DNA of 64,000 nucleotides, taken from contig DAOWHA010000050.1 in the NCBI GenBank assembly GCA_030641665.1, forward strand, positions 2,632-66,631, written 5' to 3'. This DNA comes from a bacterium. GTDB lineage: Bacteria; Patescibacteriota; Patescibacteriia; JAACEG01. The notes beneath the pieces are model-generated. The model saw nothing but the letters and a program-made list of their open reading frames with translations, did no database searches and was not told the DNA's origin. A program made the position numbers and the translations under genes. This document shows positions 41,601 through 53,200 of the stretch, in pieces; positions within the stretch are counted from its first letter, which is position 1; each line of letters begins with the position of its first letter.

Positions 41601-44600
41601 AATGTCGCGATAAAATCCTGAGTGGCAGACTCCATAACTAATTTAGCGGGATTAGGGTTAACAACAACTTCGCCTATCTCGCATTGAATAAGATCGTCGC
41701 GAGTTTTAAAATGCCAAACGAAATCGTCAATTAAAGGATTTCCAGCCGCAGTTGTTATCCCTCCGGCGCTTCCGATTAAAGTAATTTGATGCCAACTATT
41801 TTGATTTAACAGAACTGCCGGATGAAACTCAAAAGCTTCAATACCTATGCCAAAAGGATGATAAATAAATCCTCCTGCAATAGGAGCTCCGAGAATAATA
41901 CAAGTTGAATCAGCGCATTCCTGAACTAAAACATTCGCGTTATTAACGGTTGCTTGACTTACAACTTCTGAAAAACTGGCGCCGATAGCCGCGTTTACGC
42001 ATACATCATTTCCGCCCGCTCTGCCTATCCACGGCGTAGGGCTTGGCACTACTGGGTCGTACGGAAATTCAGTATCGCATTCTTCTCTCATAAAGTAGTC
42101 GCCTGTCGTAAAACTCCATGTGTATGTTGAAAAATTAGCCGTCGGACAAGCGCCTACATAACAGGCTCCGTCTGGACAGCAAACCTGCGTTGCGGAATCA
42201 GGGCAATTGGCATTATTTCCCGCGCAATCTCCGATCTCAAAAGGGATAGAATTAGAACTTCTGTTTCCGCTATTATCTAAAACATAAACAGGTCCGCTTT
42301 GCGCTTCTGTTGGAATTCCCGGAACCTGAGCGTTATTTATAAAAATGTCAGACCAGCCGCCGATAGCGCCAGCGGAAATATTCGGAAAGGCAGGTGTTCC
42401 GTCGTAAAATTCAATGTCTCCCAATAATGCGCCAAAATGCTCTCCGTAAATATCAACCAGTGTGTTAATCGGTCCGAAAACAGGAGCTATTTTGCACATT
42501 CCCGGCAATAGCTCGCAACCAGCGCCGACAACGCATACATCAAAAAATTTTCCGTTGCTGTCTTCTGTTCCGATAGTTACTATGACATCTCCGTCAGCAG
42601 CGCCTGCTGGGACTTTTACAATAATGCTGTTAGCGCTCCAATAATCAACTCCGCATTCGGAAGGAAAACTAAAATCACCCGCAGTTCCGTTAAAAGTTAC
42701 CGTATTTCCAGCGTGGCTATTTGTAAAACCGCTGCCGTAAATTGTCACATACTGACCTTCTGGACCTCTGTTCGGCTCTATATAATCAATGCGCGGACCT
42801 GTCGGCGAATTCGTTACTCTAAAATTCAAATAATTTCCATAATCTCCTCCTGCTGAAACAGCTCTAAATCCGACATCTCCTGATTGTATGTTCGGAATTT
42901 GGCAATCTATTTCTAAATCAGGGTTGGGAACTGAATTTAAGCCAGCAATATTACTGCTGTCATTTCCAAATTCAATAGTTGAACCGGCTAAAATATTCAA
43001 TCCGTGTCCGCGAATACTCTCTTCATAAAAACCGCAATCACTACCCAAGCAAGCAGACCCAGCTTCAATATTTTCCACTTTGCAAAGACCTGGACGAACT
43101 GTTCCGTCGTCAAAAAAATCTGGAATTATTGTTCCGCGCGCGTCATTAGTAGCGTCGCTATATCCGCTGTCAGCCGTAACTTCTATTGGTCCATTCACTA
43201 CGCCTATTGGAACAACTGCTATAATCTGTCTGTCTGTCCAAACGCTGATACATTGCGCGTTAACAGTATTTGCTAAATCCGCTGCTATTCCGTTGATCGT
43301 AATCTGAGAACTCGGACCGTAAGCGCCAAAATTTCTTCCCCAAATAGAAACCAAATTTCCAGCGGTTCCGACAGGTATGCCGTGAGGGCTGCAACTATCT
43401 GAATCATTAGGAGTTATACAATCAATAATCGGTCCGTCTTGGCAAAGACAGCATATAGTTGTTCCGAGTGGATAACCTGCCGCTTCACACTCTACTGTTG
43501 ATAAACCAAAATTTTGACAATCACAGATTCCTGAAGCGCATATACTGTCATCGCAATTGCATAACGGATCGCCTATGTCAATATCGCAGGCAGATCCAAC
43601 GCAAGCGGCGCAATCAACTCCTCCGCAATCAATTCCTATTTCATCGGCATTTAATATGCTGTCGCAGCAATGCGCCGCGCGCAGAGAAAAACTGCGAGTG
43701 TCATCGGTTGTATTACTGTCTAAATCAGCTGCTTCCGCAGTTAAAGAATAAATTATTCCCGCGCTATATCCTAAAGCGACTGTCGGCTGCCATATAGCAG
43801 TTCCGCTTGGCAAAATCCATGGTAGAGGATTACCGCACAATCCAGGTCCTGGGCAAGGAATAATAACTGTCGGGGTGCCTCCTAAAAAAGCCAAACTGCC
43901 ATTATTATCGCTGAATTCCACTTGGCTAACGCCAGAATCGTCTGTGGCTGATGATCCCAAATTATTAGGCGTATTTAAACAGACTTGATTTTGGCTAATT
44001 AGATTTACTGTTGGCGGCTGGCAATCTACTAAATTGTTAGTGAAAAATTGCGGATGCTCATTAACAGCGATATTGTCCTGTAAAGTCAATCCTCCTGCTG
44101 ACTGAACTCCGCCAGCGCCGATTATTACTTCTATGTCAATAGTAGAATTATCGTCAAAACATCTGTCCGCTCCGCAAGGATTAGCAGTACAGGTTCCAGT
44201 TAATGGGCTAAACTCAACTATTTTGCCGCTAACCGTAAAATTGCCAACAATTAAATTTAATGCTCCGCCAGCACATTGGGAATTTACTCCTGTCCCTTGA
44301 ATAATTATAGAAGCCGCGTCAACAGAAGCAGGATCAACATTTTTGTTAAAATATATTCTAATTACGGAATTCATCGGATTTGTTATTGTAAAAGGACAAT
44401 TTTCGTCCGGAGGCTGGATAGAAGTTACTATAAAACTTTCTGCGCCAGGGCATCCTGGACAAGTTAGCATTGGATCTGACTGCCAAGCGCAGACAAGCGG
44501 ATTAATGGTATTTTGGCATCTTAAGCATCCGCCTGCGGCGCAAGTTCCTAATTCAAGAATACAATCGCAGGGCGAACCAGCCATTCCTCCTCCGCCGCCA

Positions 44601-44959
44601 GTCGCTTCAGTTAAACTATTTAATATAAATTGTGTGATGGCAAAAGACGCTAAAATAATGAGAAGTCCTATAACAGCGCTGATTAAAACTCTCTTTGCTT
44701 TATTCACTTTCTCTGGAACTCCGCCTGAAGTCATCCATAAAAATCCGCCGTATAAAATTAAAGTAATAGCTAAAACGCCTAAAAAACCGAGCATGGCATT
44801 GATTACCGCAAAAACCATTGACTTTAGTCCGCGTGTTCCCAATTCTAAAATAGAAGAATATTCTAAGCCGTAAGTTTGGGCGGAAGCGGAAACAGCGATA
44901 CTGAAAACCGCTAAAAACGCAATGGCGAATAAAATAAATTTTCGTTTTTTAAACATCAT
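38669..44959 (-). CDS. Giant (2096 aa) secreted Cys-rich surface protein with VirB2/TrbC-like N-terminal anchor module, IPT/TIG domains and 5 tandem Myxococcus-type Cys-rich repeats
   Basis: Signal peptide ...SASA|QTYG, two TM with a GG loop. Repeats CGNGxxExGExCDDGNxxxxDGCSxxC x5 (DNA ~40420-40960). IPT-like segments (GPEGQYVTIYGSGF, FGPINTLVDIYGEHFG). Confidence 0.85.
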   Translation of the reverse strand: MMFKKRKFILFAIAFLAVFSIAVSASAQTYGLEYSSILELGTRGLKSMVFAVINAMLGFLGVLAITLILYGGFLWMTSGGVPEKVNKAKRVLISAVIGLLIILASFAITQFILNSLTEATGGGGGMAGSPCDCILELGTCAAGGCLRCQNTINPLVCAWQSDPMLTCPGCPGAESFIVTSIQPPDENCPFTITNPMNSVIRIYFNKNVDPASVDAASIIIQGTGVNSQCAGGALNLIVGNFTVSGKIVEFSPLTGTCTANPCGADRCFDDNSTIDIEVIIGAGGVQSAGGLTLQDNIAVNEHPQFFTNNLVDCQPPTVNLISQNQVCLNTPNNLGSSATDDSGVSQVEFSDNNGSLAFLGGTPTVIIPCPGPGLCGNPLPWILPSGTAIWQPTVALGYSAGIIYSLTAEAADLDSNTTDDTRSFSLRAAHCCDSILNADEIGIDCGGVDCAACVGSACDIDIGDPLCNCDDSICASGICDCQNFGLSTVECEAAGYPLGTTICCLCQDGPIIDCITPNDSDSCSPHGIPVGTAGNLVSIWGRNFGAYGPSSQITINGIAADLANTVNAQCISVWTDRQIIAVVPIGVVNGPIEVTADSGYSDATNDARGTIIPDFFDDGTVRPGLCKVENIEAGSACLGSDCGFYEESIRGHGLNILAGSTIEFGNDSSNIAGLNSVPNPDLEIDCQIPNIQSGDVGFRAVSAGGDYGNYLNFRVTNSPTGPRIDYIEPNRGPEGQYVTIYGSGFTNSHAGNTVTFNGTAGDFSFPSECGVDYWSANSIIVKVPAGAADGDVIVTIGTEDSNGKFFDVCVVGAGCELLPGMCKIAPVFGPINTLVDIYGEHFGALLGDIEFYDGTPAFPNISAGAIGGWSDIFINNAQVPGIPTEAQSGPVYVLDNSGNRSSNSIPFEIGDCAGNNANCPDSATQVCCPDGACYVGACPTANFSTYTWSFTTGDYFMREECDTEFPYDPVVPSPTPWIGRAGGNDVCVNAAIGASFSEVVSQATVNNANVLVQECADSTCIILGAPIAGGFIYHPFGIGIEAFEFHPAVLLNQNSWHQITLIGSAGGITTAAGNPLIDDFVWHFKTRDDLIQCEIGEVVVNPNPAKLVMESATQDFIATLISKDNPCIIINVLGQSMNWSSDDPLIATVSGSATTNETVSAIGNGNTYIRANAMPDNKTGKALLKVDFQGLSIIEHWYECDSVCINAEMGLRFDGEVNSATLTNGANGSIRIYDCGGDSSCPFNPLTAVINITNPFYLWNNFTGESVATFSAVGNFTQDNYYRAVIKTGENGVKSVLGDYLIKLNSNLASGEECDGDALCGASCLWNGAADHCGQPSQECYPVNSVGCSVNCLNTGSVTNTCGNGGLDIYENCDDNNTNSGDGCSSECLYEGSTGTAVCGNSILEFGEACDDGNQTNGDGCSDKCLKEGSTGTAVCGNGAIELGEDCDDNNIISSDGCSSICLSEGVKSSVCGDRDIGIGEDCDDGNLINNDGCSNICLNEGSSGLAVCGDGAIETNGNDSYSWIFKTKSGADALCALSSVEVIPTNASAYIGDVVDYKSIARSSPDSCDPSGQTINPLNYNWNWWSNDGLIADLAFPLQDIELPNGDIDPYQQVDAISLGTTNINAQADGITGSGIITVIEPTGPGVPCILGGGNCCQEGVSSCMIGYGCMEDSAICPTGGVDPNYNNCFCCCDMNNDQCFAPLECTPNIDACVGNSRGWCCGCEQDADCSAPLLCGNDTCCRTRPVVIPPTMPVGGNIDVCRNVLISAEFDQEMKGNSIKNEDNMEVITEYTVEGICPTDTSTSTLYSFAGEVWCAIDGSLTVNSSSTIVYFAPKEDLNPATIYRVIIKGDPDLTDAVAEGVLSEYGIAMDGDYSWNFTTGDIICDIDYIRVDVEVGDSPLPNLIYEDMSSDIFLCAGKNDCIRDSDGGAAGNQHQFYSFAVDDSTGNILNPNDFDWTWTEIDSDDIFQISTALGNAVLTANPINGKAILDIKAVSNGVIDYGSAKKKMTINTFMCENPWPDISYWPWEDWILNNPTADCDIAGICNETYFDMFYCRDDGGEGTDDDFPAISIDPVIRSENGDILKEIFFLIEE

Positions 44960-45013
44960 ATTTTAAAATTTGCAATTCTTTAATATTCAATTTTACTAAC
45001 TTCAACCACATTC

Positions 45014-45156
45014 TGTCTTTGCGAGGAGTTGAATGAGCGCAGCGAATGAGATGCGACGAAGCAATCTTATTACTGAGCGGACAAATCTATAATCATAATT
45101 CTTTCTGCTTAAGTAATGGGATTGCTTCGCTCCGTTGCACTCCGCTCGCAAAGACA
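45014..45156. repeat. Nested palindromic element, copy 9
   Basis: TGTCTTTGCGAGGAGTTGAATGAGCGCAGCGAATGAGATGCGACGAAGCAATCTTATTACTGAGCGGACAAATCT...GTAATGGGATTGCTTCGC...CTCGCAAAGACA. Confidence 0.9.
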
Positions 45157-45203
45157 GTATGTGAAAAAAATTTAGATTTATTTATAAAATTTTAAATTAT
45201 TTA

Positions 45204-46874
45204 TTAAGGGCACGCACACCATGCTCCGTCGCAGCAACATGGTCCTAAAGTAGGAACGCCAGCGCATCCTGGTCCTTCGCTCGGATACAAGCAATTCTGA
45301 TAATTGTTTTTCACTCCTGCTGTTGCCTGGCTTTGATAAGCAGTTGCTGTTTGAAATTTAGAATGATTAATACTTGCCTGCGTCGCGCCGCCGATATCCT
45401 CAGCTGTTATCCAATACCCGACTGTTCCGCCTAAAATTCCAATATTGCTGGTATTCAGACTGCTATACATCATTATATCTGAAAACAAAATCTGAATCGG
45501 ATCTTTTAGTGTAACGCCAACTTCATTTACAAGCGGGCTAACACTAATAATTGTCGGAGATGTTAAATTAATATTATTAGTCGTGTTAAACTGCCAAATA
45601 TAATCATCAGTCGGCGACTCTTCTGATATTCCGTCATTATCGCCGTCAAAAGAATTGCTTGCCATATCAACTATGCCGTCAAAAGGGTACGCAGCTTCAG
45701 GACAAATAAGGCAGGTCGCGGCCTTAATCGTTGTGGTTATATTTGCCAATGCTGGCAGACAATAGATTGTCTCTCCGCAAGAATTCGTTCCGCAAGGTGT
45801 TCCTAAAAATTCAACTGTTCTATATTGGTTGGAAATAGACAAAAATCCTGCGACTGGCGCGCCGTCATTGACTAAAATATTTGCGTCTAATATTGACAAC
45901 GGGTCAATAGCTTCTGAAAAATGCATCTGCACAACTATATTGCGATCGTAAGTTCCGCTAGCTGCGGGCTGAACGATTTTAATATAAGGCGGCGTAACAT
46001 CCAAAAAAGTGCTTATTTCAAATGACCAATCATAACTGCCTAACGCTCCAAAAGCTGAACTTCCGTCTGATTTATTTATATTATTCGTGAGTTCAACAGT
46101 ATGCCAAATATTTTCAACAGGGCTGCCAAGCGGATTTATCGGCTTAAAGCGGAAAGTTCTGTCGTCGGCTGTTTTCGCCGCAAAAACTTCCGTAATATAA
46201 GGACCTGAAATAATTTCTCCTTGTTTGGCGATTTTTACATTAGGATTGCCACTTCCGTCTAAGACGATAGTGTCATACTCTCCAGCGTCAAACTCTCCAT
46301 TGCCGTTAATGTCAACCCAATCGCCAAAAATTGTGCTGCCATTCGTGTCGTCAATCAAAGTGCTGACTTGCATCGCTTCCTTAAAGGTAACAACGATTGA
46401 TGTGTTGCGGGCAATATTAAGCGAACCTGGCGCTGGATAAACGCTCTCAATAATTCCAGAGCCTAAGGCGCCGCCTCCGCCGCCACCACCACCGCCGCCG
46501 CCGCCAGTTGCGCCAGTTGCGCCAGTTAAACTCTTCATTATAAACTGCGTGATAGCAAAAGACGCTAAAATAATTAAAAGTCCGATCGCGCCGCTTATTA
46601 AAATCTTTTTCGCTTTTTCGATTTTCTCAGAAGCCCCTCCTGATGTCATCCAAACAAACCCTCCATATAAAATTATAACTATCGCCAATATTCCCAGAAA
46701 TCCTAAAACAATATTAATAATCGTAAAAACCATTGATTTTAATCCGCGTGTTCCCAGTCCTAAAATTGAGGAATATTCTAATCCGTAAGTTTGCGCGGAC
46801 GCGGAAACAGCAATGCTGAAAATCGCTAAAAACGCAATGGCGAATAAAATAAATTTTTGTTTTTTAAATCTCAT
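45204..46874 (-). CDS. 556-aa secreted protein, paralogous N-terminal anchor module + poly-Gly linker + Ig-like region + C-terminal Cys knot
   Basis: First ~115 aa ~85% identical to the 2096-aa protein (MRFKKQKFILFAIAFLAIFSIAVSASAQTYGLEYSSILGLGTRGLKSMVF...). Then TGATGATGGGGGGGGGGGG. C-terminus PCCCDGAWCACP. Confidence 0.8.
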   Translation of the reverse strand: MRFKKQKFILFAIAFLAIFSIAVSASAQTYGLEYSSILGLGTRGLKSMVFTIINIVLGFLGILAIVIILYGGFVWMTSGGASEKIEKAKKILISGAIGLLIILASFAITQFIMKSLTGATGATGGGGGGGGGGGGALGSGIIESVYPAPGSLNIARNTSIVVTFKEAMQVSTLIDDTNGSTIFGDWVDINGNGEFDAGEYDTIVLDGSGNPNVKIAKQGEIISGPYITEVFAAKTADDRTFRFKPINPLGSPVENIWHTVELTNNINKSDGSSAFGALGSYDWSFEISTFLDVTPPYIKIVQPAASGTYDRNIVVQMHFSEAIDPLSILDANILVNDGAPVAGFLSISNQYRTVEFLGTPCGTNSCGETIYCLPALANITTTIKAATCLICPEAAYPFDGIVDMASNSFDGDNDGISEESPTDDYIWQFNTTNNINLTSPTIISVSPLVNEVGVTLKDPIQILFSDIMMYSSLNTSNIGILGGTVGYWITAEDIGGATQASINHSKFQTATAYQSQATAGVKNNYQNCLYPSEGPGCAGVPTLGPCCCDGAWCACP

Positions 46875-46955
46875 AAATGCTTAAAATTTGCAATTACCAA
46901 TTTGGCAATGAATTTGCAATTTTCTAATTTTCAATTTTACTAACTTTAACCATTC

Positions 46956-47131
46956 TGTCTTTGCGAGGAGCGAATGGAGCGATAGCGAAATGAGTAACGA
47001 AGCAATCCCATTACTGAGCGAACAAATCTATAATTATAATTTGTCTATGCTTTTGTATAGTTTGCACGGTTAGTAATGGTATTGCTTCGTCGCGCCTCTC
47101 TCGCTTCGCTCGTTCAGCTCCTCGCAAAGAC
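46956..47131. repeat. Nested palindromic element, copy 10 (long variant)
   Basis: TGTCTTTGCGAGGAGCGAATGGAGCGATAGCGAAATGAGTAACGAAGCAATCCCATTACTGAGCGAACAAATCT...ATTGCTTCGTCGCGCCTCTCTCGCTTCGCTCGTTCAGCTCCTCGCAAAGACA. Confidence 0.9.
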
Positions 47132-47234
47132 ATCTTAATTATAAAATGTATCTAAAAAATAATTGGTAATTAAAAATTTGAAAATTTAATAATTGATTGA
47201 TAATTGCAAATTGGTAATTAAAAATTTATTTTTC

Positions 47235-50200
47235 TTAAAACTCTGACGCTATAATATATCCATTATAATATTCCCATTGATTGCATACTGCTCTTGTCGT
47301 ATCGCCATTGCACCAGTCCCAATTGTCTTTTAGCCTAATTCTCGGCTGGGTCGCGCAGCAAGGAAATGCTCCGCAGACAACGGATAAATCCCCGAACAGC
47401 GTTGCCCCTGCCGCGCCGCACTCTATTGAAACAGAACTTGGATCATTCAATAACATCTCGTAATAACTGTATTGCCTTGATTCTGAATGCGGATCGTCCT
47501 CGTCAGGTCTGTCTTGTATTCCGTTACTCACATAACTTATGTTCGGACTTGCGTCAGTGCCGTCGCCCCAGTCAATCCAATAGGTCGCGAGCGGAAGCTG
47601 GTTATAGTCTATAATGCTGTTAAATTCCAAATTGACATCATTGGAGATAGAAAAATTATAATTGCCGCTAATATTGCCGTTAACTTTAATATTTTCAACT
47701 ATCGGCGGCACCCCGCAAAAATCGCAAGTCGCACCTGCCGGGTTAGAACCGCAGCCTGCAAAGCAGTCTCCTCCTGCGCAAAGCCCTGTTGTATTGGAAT
47801 AGGCTGGTCTTGCGGCTGGAGTTCCCGCGCAAATATTATCAGGCGGATTCCAGTCATTCAAAACGCAGGCAATGTCTATGCCGCAATCCCTGTACTGGCT
47901 ACTGGCGTGATCCCACTCCCATGTTCCGTAACTTTTCGCGAAAATGCGCTTTAAAATTTCAACAGCGTTATTATCGCTTATGTTTCCTAAATTGCTTATC
48001 GGTTCGCAAGTTTCGCATATAGTATGCGCATCATTACAAGGACAGTGCAAAAGAAGGTTGTCGTCATGGTGATTCCAGTCTCCGCTCGGATAAGGATGCG
48101 CACAAATAAGTTCAGGGTGTCCGCTGCACCTGCCAATAACATCGCAAGTATTGCCTTGAGTTGAACCATCGCTGCATCCGTATGGCAAGCCGGCAATAGC
48201 GCCTTCGCTTAAATTCTCCCTAAAAAGTATCGGGTCTAAAATATCAGTGTTATCATTTCCGTCCCAATAGATAGGATTAACCCCTTCTGGCGGAATCATA
48301 GAGCCGAACGGCTTATCTTCAGAAGTATGATAATAATCAAAACTGCCAAGTTCTCCTGTCCTATAATCTGTGCCGTCGCGCACCCTGTCTGTCCACGCCT
48401 TATTCTCGCCAATGTCAAAATGCGAAACGGTCTGATATATTTTATCGCATCTTAAGCGGTAATCCATAGGATCAACTAATCTGCTTTCCGTATAATCATA
48501 TATCATCACTTGCGGATCAGGATTTGGTTCGTTTAATACTAAATCTCCATCATAAATATACCAATTTCCGCTAATTGGGATATGCGTAGCGTCGTTTTTA
48601 GGGATACATGTAAATCTTAAATTATATTCGGTATCAGTATTAAAGGCGCCGCAATTCCCATCTGAATAAATTCTAACTTCTACTTTGTAATTTGTACTAT
48701 TACAAGTTTGCATTCCAGCATCATTATCATTATAAACTATCATTCTGCTTCCACAGCCTCCATTTAAAAAGTTTGTTAAATCACCATAATATGCTCCATT
48801 TATTATAAGACTGGGCAGCCCAGCAAGCATCCAGTCTGCAAAAGCGGTAAGAAGATTAGTGTCGCAACAATAATCATCTAAATCAGATATTATTTCAGAT
48901 GTTCTATTCTCCACAAAATCAAAGTTAGCGTCCATATCAGAGCAGTAGAATACAGGGAACTTGCCGTCGTATCCCAGCACTCTTCCTGTCTCTTCAATCC
49001 CTTCGGACGACAGCTTGTCAACCGGCCACCAGAGCAAGCATTGCCTCGGATTTCCCGGAAATCGGTCATACTCTAAGCAGTAGCCGAATTTACCAATATT
49101 TTTAATTCCGGAATCGCTGAAATACTCGCAGCTTAAAGCGTCCTGCTTAGGATACGACCTGCAAGTCTGCGGCGAATAGACATCAGTGTCTCCGATTTTT
49201 AACGCAGGCTTAATCCTGATTTCGTCAATATAAAAATTGCCGTCAGGCGCGCTTCCCGGGGCGACAAGCCTTAAAACTATCCTCTTGGTGCTTAAATCAA
49301 CATCAAACGCCGCAGTTTTAAACTGCCAATAGTCTGAACGCGGAACAGACAAAATCGAATGATAGTCTCTTATCATATTTCCAAAAGCGTCCATCTCGCG
49401 CAGTTGAATCTCCGCGTTGCTGGCTTTTAAATTTAAGGTATTAACCCAAGCGCTCACAAAATATCTGTTCCCTTCTTCTGTGCCGATTAAAGATATGGTT
49501 TCGGTTACGGCAGCATAGTCGGCTCCTACGCTTAAAAAAGACCTTCCTTCCGGAGACATATATTCAAGCCCTATCCCTTGCGCTGAAACCGGATCGGAGA
49601 TGACTGAAAACTCGTCTTCAAAAAGAGCCCCTTCATAAAGCCAGCCGACAGGATAGTCAATATTTTCAATCAGCTCAAAATTATTGTTCGGGATTTTTAT
49701 CTGGACGCTTTCCTGGCTCATCGTATGCAGAGGATAATATCCTTCAGCAACTCCTTGCTTTCCTATCTTTGTATATCCTGCTCTATCCCGAATATCATCC
49801 AAGGAGACAGTAGCGTTTGCCGTTTGATTTATCGGCTCGCTCACTACAAAGCCGTCGCATTTGCCCTGTTCATTCATAGAATTGCACGCTCCAATATCAG
49901 TACATTTTCTTTTTATCGCGCCGTCTTTGCCTGTAACATTAACAGTCCCCTTGCAATACAGCCACTCTCCGCAAGTCCTGGTCGGCTTGACTTTTACCAG
50001 CAGGTTTGAATCGCAAGTCCCATCTGGAATTCCTCCGATTAAACAGCTTTGCGGCGTATTAATATTTTTATCGTTTCTGTCAGCGTCATAAATAATATCT
50101 TCTATCGCCAAGCCGCTTGATATCTCGCGCCTGTTAAATAAAACGCATCCTTTTTCATAATCAACAAGCCCATTGCACTCCGCTTTGTCAATAGAACTGT

Positions 50201-53200
50201 CTATATTATAATAAATTCCTGTTTTTAAAATTTTAACAAATTCAGACGGAACCAAATTTCCGCTAACGCTCAAATCGCAATTAATCGCCGAATCTTTGCC
50301 AGTATAAAACCGTCCGCTAAACTGCTGATCGCTTTCATCAGAAACAATCTGCGCTCCGTTAATAGGGGTAATAATATCCATTGAGTCGTCAGGCGATATT
50401 AAATCAATCGGGTTGCCAACTAAACCGTCAACGCAATTTTCTAATATAATCGCGCTGCCGGCGCCGTTAGAATTGCTTAACACTGTATAAACGGTGTCTT
50501 GCTCTAACCGAACAGGAACATTTGTAATATAATCGCCGGCTGCAACGCTCCAACCGTCAGGAACTCCGTCAACATCGACATCTTGAGCAAAATCGCCGTT
50601 AAAAACGATATTTTTTGAAATTGAACTTATCGGATCAATATATTCCGCGCAGCCGTCAATTTCAGGCGGGCAAATCGCTGTCCAATTATTGCAATAGCCT
50701 CCCGGACAATCAGCATCAGTCTCGCAGATTCCGCCGCCTCCGCCCAGACAGGTTTTAGCCGCGTACTCAACGCCGATATCAGAATATGCCAAAGGGCAAT
50801 TCGGCGCTCCGGAAGTAGTATTAGCAAGATACCAACCAGCATCTGTCTGTCCCCCAACTAATTTATATTCACAAATTTTAGCGTCTCCCTTGATTCTCTG
50901 TGATACAGGATCTTTAAAATAAGAATCGCCCATAACATCTGAACTAAATTTTCCGCAGCCGACATTATCAAAAAGACAGAGCGTATCGTTATATTCATCA
51001 GGGTCGTTAATTTTATAAACAGTTTCATATTGATACAGATCATCTCTGTCGTCGGCAAGATTTTCAGTTGTTTTATTCATATTATACCTGTAATTTGCAG
51101 TTCCTAAAGCAGAGCATCCTTTCTCTTTTGATTTGCAAATTTTCCCCTTATCATTAACTAGCGTGTCAATTTTGTCGCCAAAAACAGTGATTTCAGATAT
51201 ATCGCCCAAATTAAATATTTCTTCTAAATAACTATGAGAATTAAATGTGTCAATCAGCGCTTCGCATCCTGCGACATCTTCGCCGCATAAGCGATTAAAT
51301 GATTTTAAATATACTGTCTGTTTTTCAACCTCGCTCTCATACTCTTCGCATCCAAGCATATATTGCGGAGCGTAAGCGCCGTTATGGTCTTGATCGCATA
51401 CTGATGAAACATTCCAAAAATCAGGTCTGATTAAAAACAGCTTGTCGCGCTCCTCTTTTAAGATAATATTGTCAATATAGGAAATGCCGCTAAAACCGCT
51501 GATTCTTAATGTTTCTAAAATATTATCGCCCGGCGCACTCATTGGATCGTCGCTGCTCATATCCCAGCCGACTAAAACAGGACCTAATGAATATTTCTGC
51601 CACTCCGGACCTAAATTAACCGAACCGCTCGCGAACTCTTCTCCTGCCGGCGCGCTGGAAAATTCAGCCGTCAGGCTTCCTGCTCCTTTTGCCCAAAAAG
51701 AGAGGAAATAAGTTTTTTGATGTCCGAGCAAAGATTTGTAAAGGCAGGTCTGTTCAGTGTTTTGCGCGTAACAGACTGTTTCATTATTAACTTCGCATTC
51801 GCATCCTTCGTCTAAAGCGCAAACAAATCCTAAATCGCAATGCGCTTTTAAGGAATAGTTCATGTCGTCGCCCAAATTGATTTTCAAACTATGCCCACCT
51901 CTAATCAGAGACTCGCTGCTAAGAGCTCCGACCCCACAATTATTAACCGCCTGTTCAAATCCGTCGTCAATAACCTTGCGGATATTATTGCTTGTGTTTC
52001 CCCTATATTCATAACAATCGTTTTTTGACGCGGGGCAAACAATCCCTTGCTCGGACAAAGCTTCATAAATGCATTCGTTGTTAGCGCTCCATTCGCCCCA
52101 ATCCCAACTGCCGGCAGAATGGACAACGCAGTCTGCCTGTGATGATTTTGTCTTGCGGTAAGGATGGCAGTCATCAGAGCAACTAACTGTATTTTTATAA
52201 TGCCGATAAGAGATAATATTTGCTTCGCTGTAAAATTCATTGCATTCCGGATTTCTGATCGCGTCGTCATAATTATTACAGTCTCCAAAAATATCAGCGG
52301 CGTCGGCTATATTATATATATTGTCAGGATAGCCGTTGCTATCAGCGTCTAACAGCATATGAGCGACAAGCTGGAATCCTGTCTCTTCTGAGCCGATCCA
52401 TGTGTAAAACGACGCGCAATCACCGTTAATTCCATGGCATGGCCGCAGATAAGAAAAATATTCAATCGCTTCGCCGCCTTCTTCTAATTTGTCTAAATTC
52501 GTAAATTCAGAGCATCCCGCGTATTGCGCCGAGCATTTTTCCTCGTTGTTCGGAATTAAAAACTCTGGAAATTTTTCGCTCTCAAAAAAAGTCGCTTCCT
52601 GCTTGTAGGCGTTATAGCCGTTGCAAGTCTCGGGGCAAAAATCATCAGACCGAACCACTCCCGGAATGCTCGGATCGCCATTCGTTGGTTCGTATAAATC
52701 GCATCCGACATCGTCTGGTCGGCATTCTAATGCAAAGTTAGCGCATTGCTCGGATCCGCCTTCCGCGCATCGCTCAATATCCGTTCGCCAAAAATGCCCT
52801 GCTGTTTCACATCCTGACTGATCGTCAAAAGCATCGTTATATACGGTATATAATTCGCAATTATAATAATCAGGAGCTTTTTTTAAATAGAGCGAATTGC
52901 TGTTATGATAATCTTCATAACTAAACAGATATCCGTCTCCAGCTACTTCTTCTAATTGGACAGAATCAATTAAGCACCCAAGCGGAATTCCTCCTGCCGC
53001 GCCGCTCACGCTGATTGTCAATTCCGTGTCAAAAGCGTCAATTGTTCCGTCGGTTGGAAAAGTGTAATTAACATTAAACCGCTCCCAGTCATCGTTGTTG
53101 CCAGATATTAATTCAATCGGCGATCCTGCTATGGCTGGAATATAGAATTGAAAATTAGTTCCGACACAATTTTGCGCGTAAAAAGAAAAACTGAACTTTC

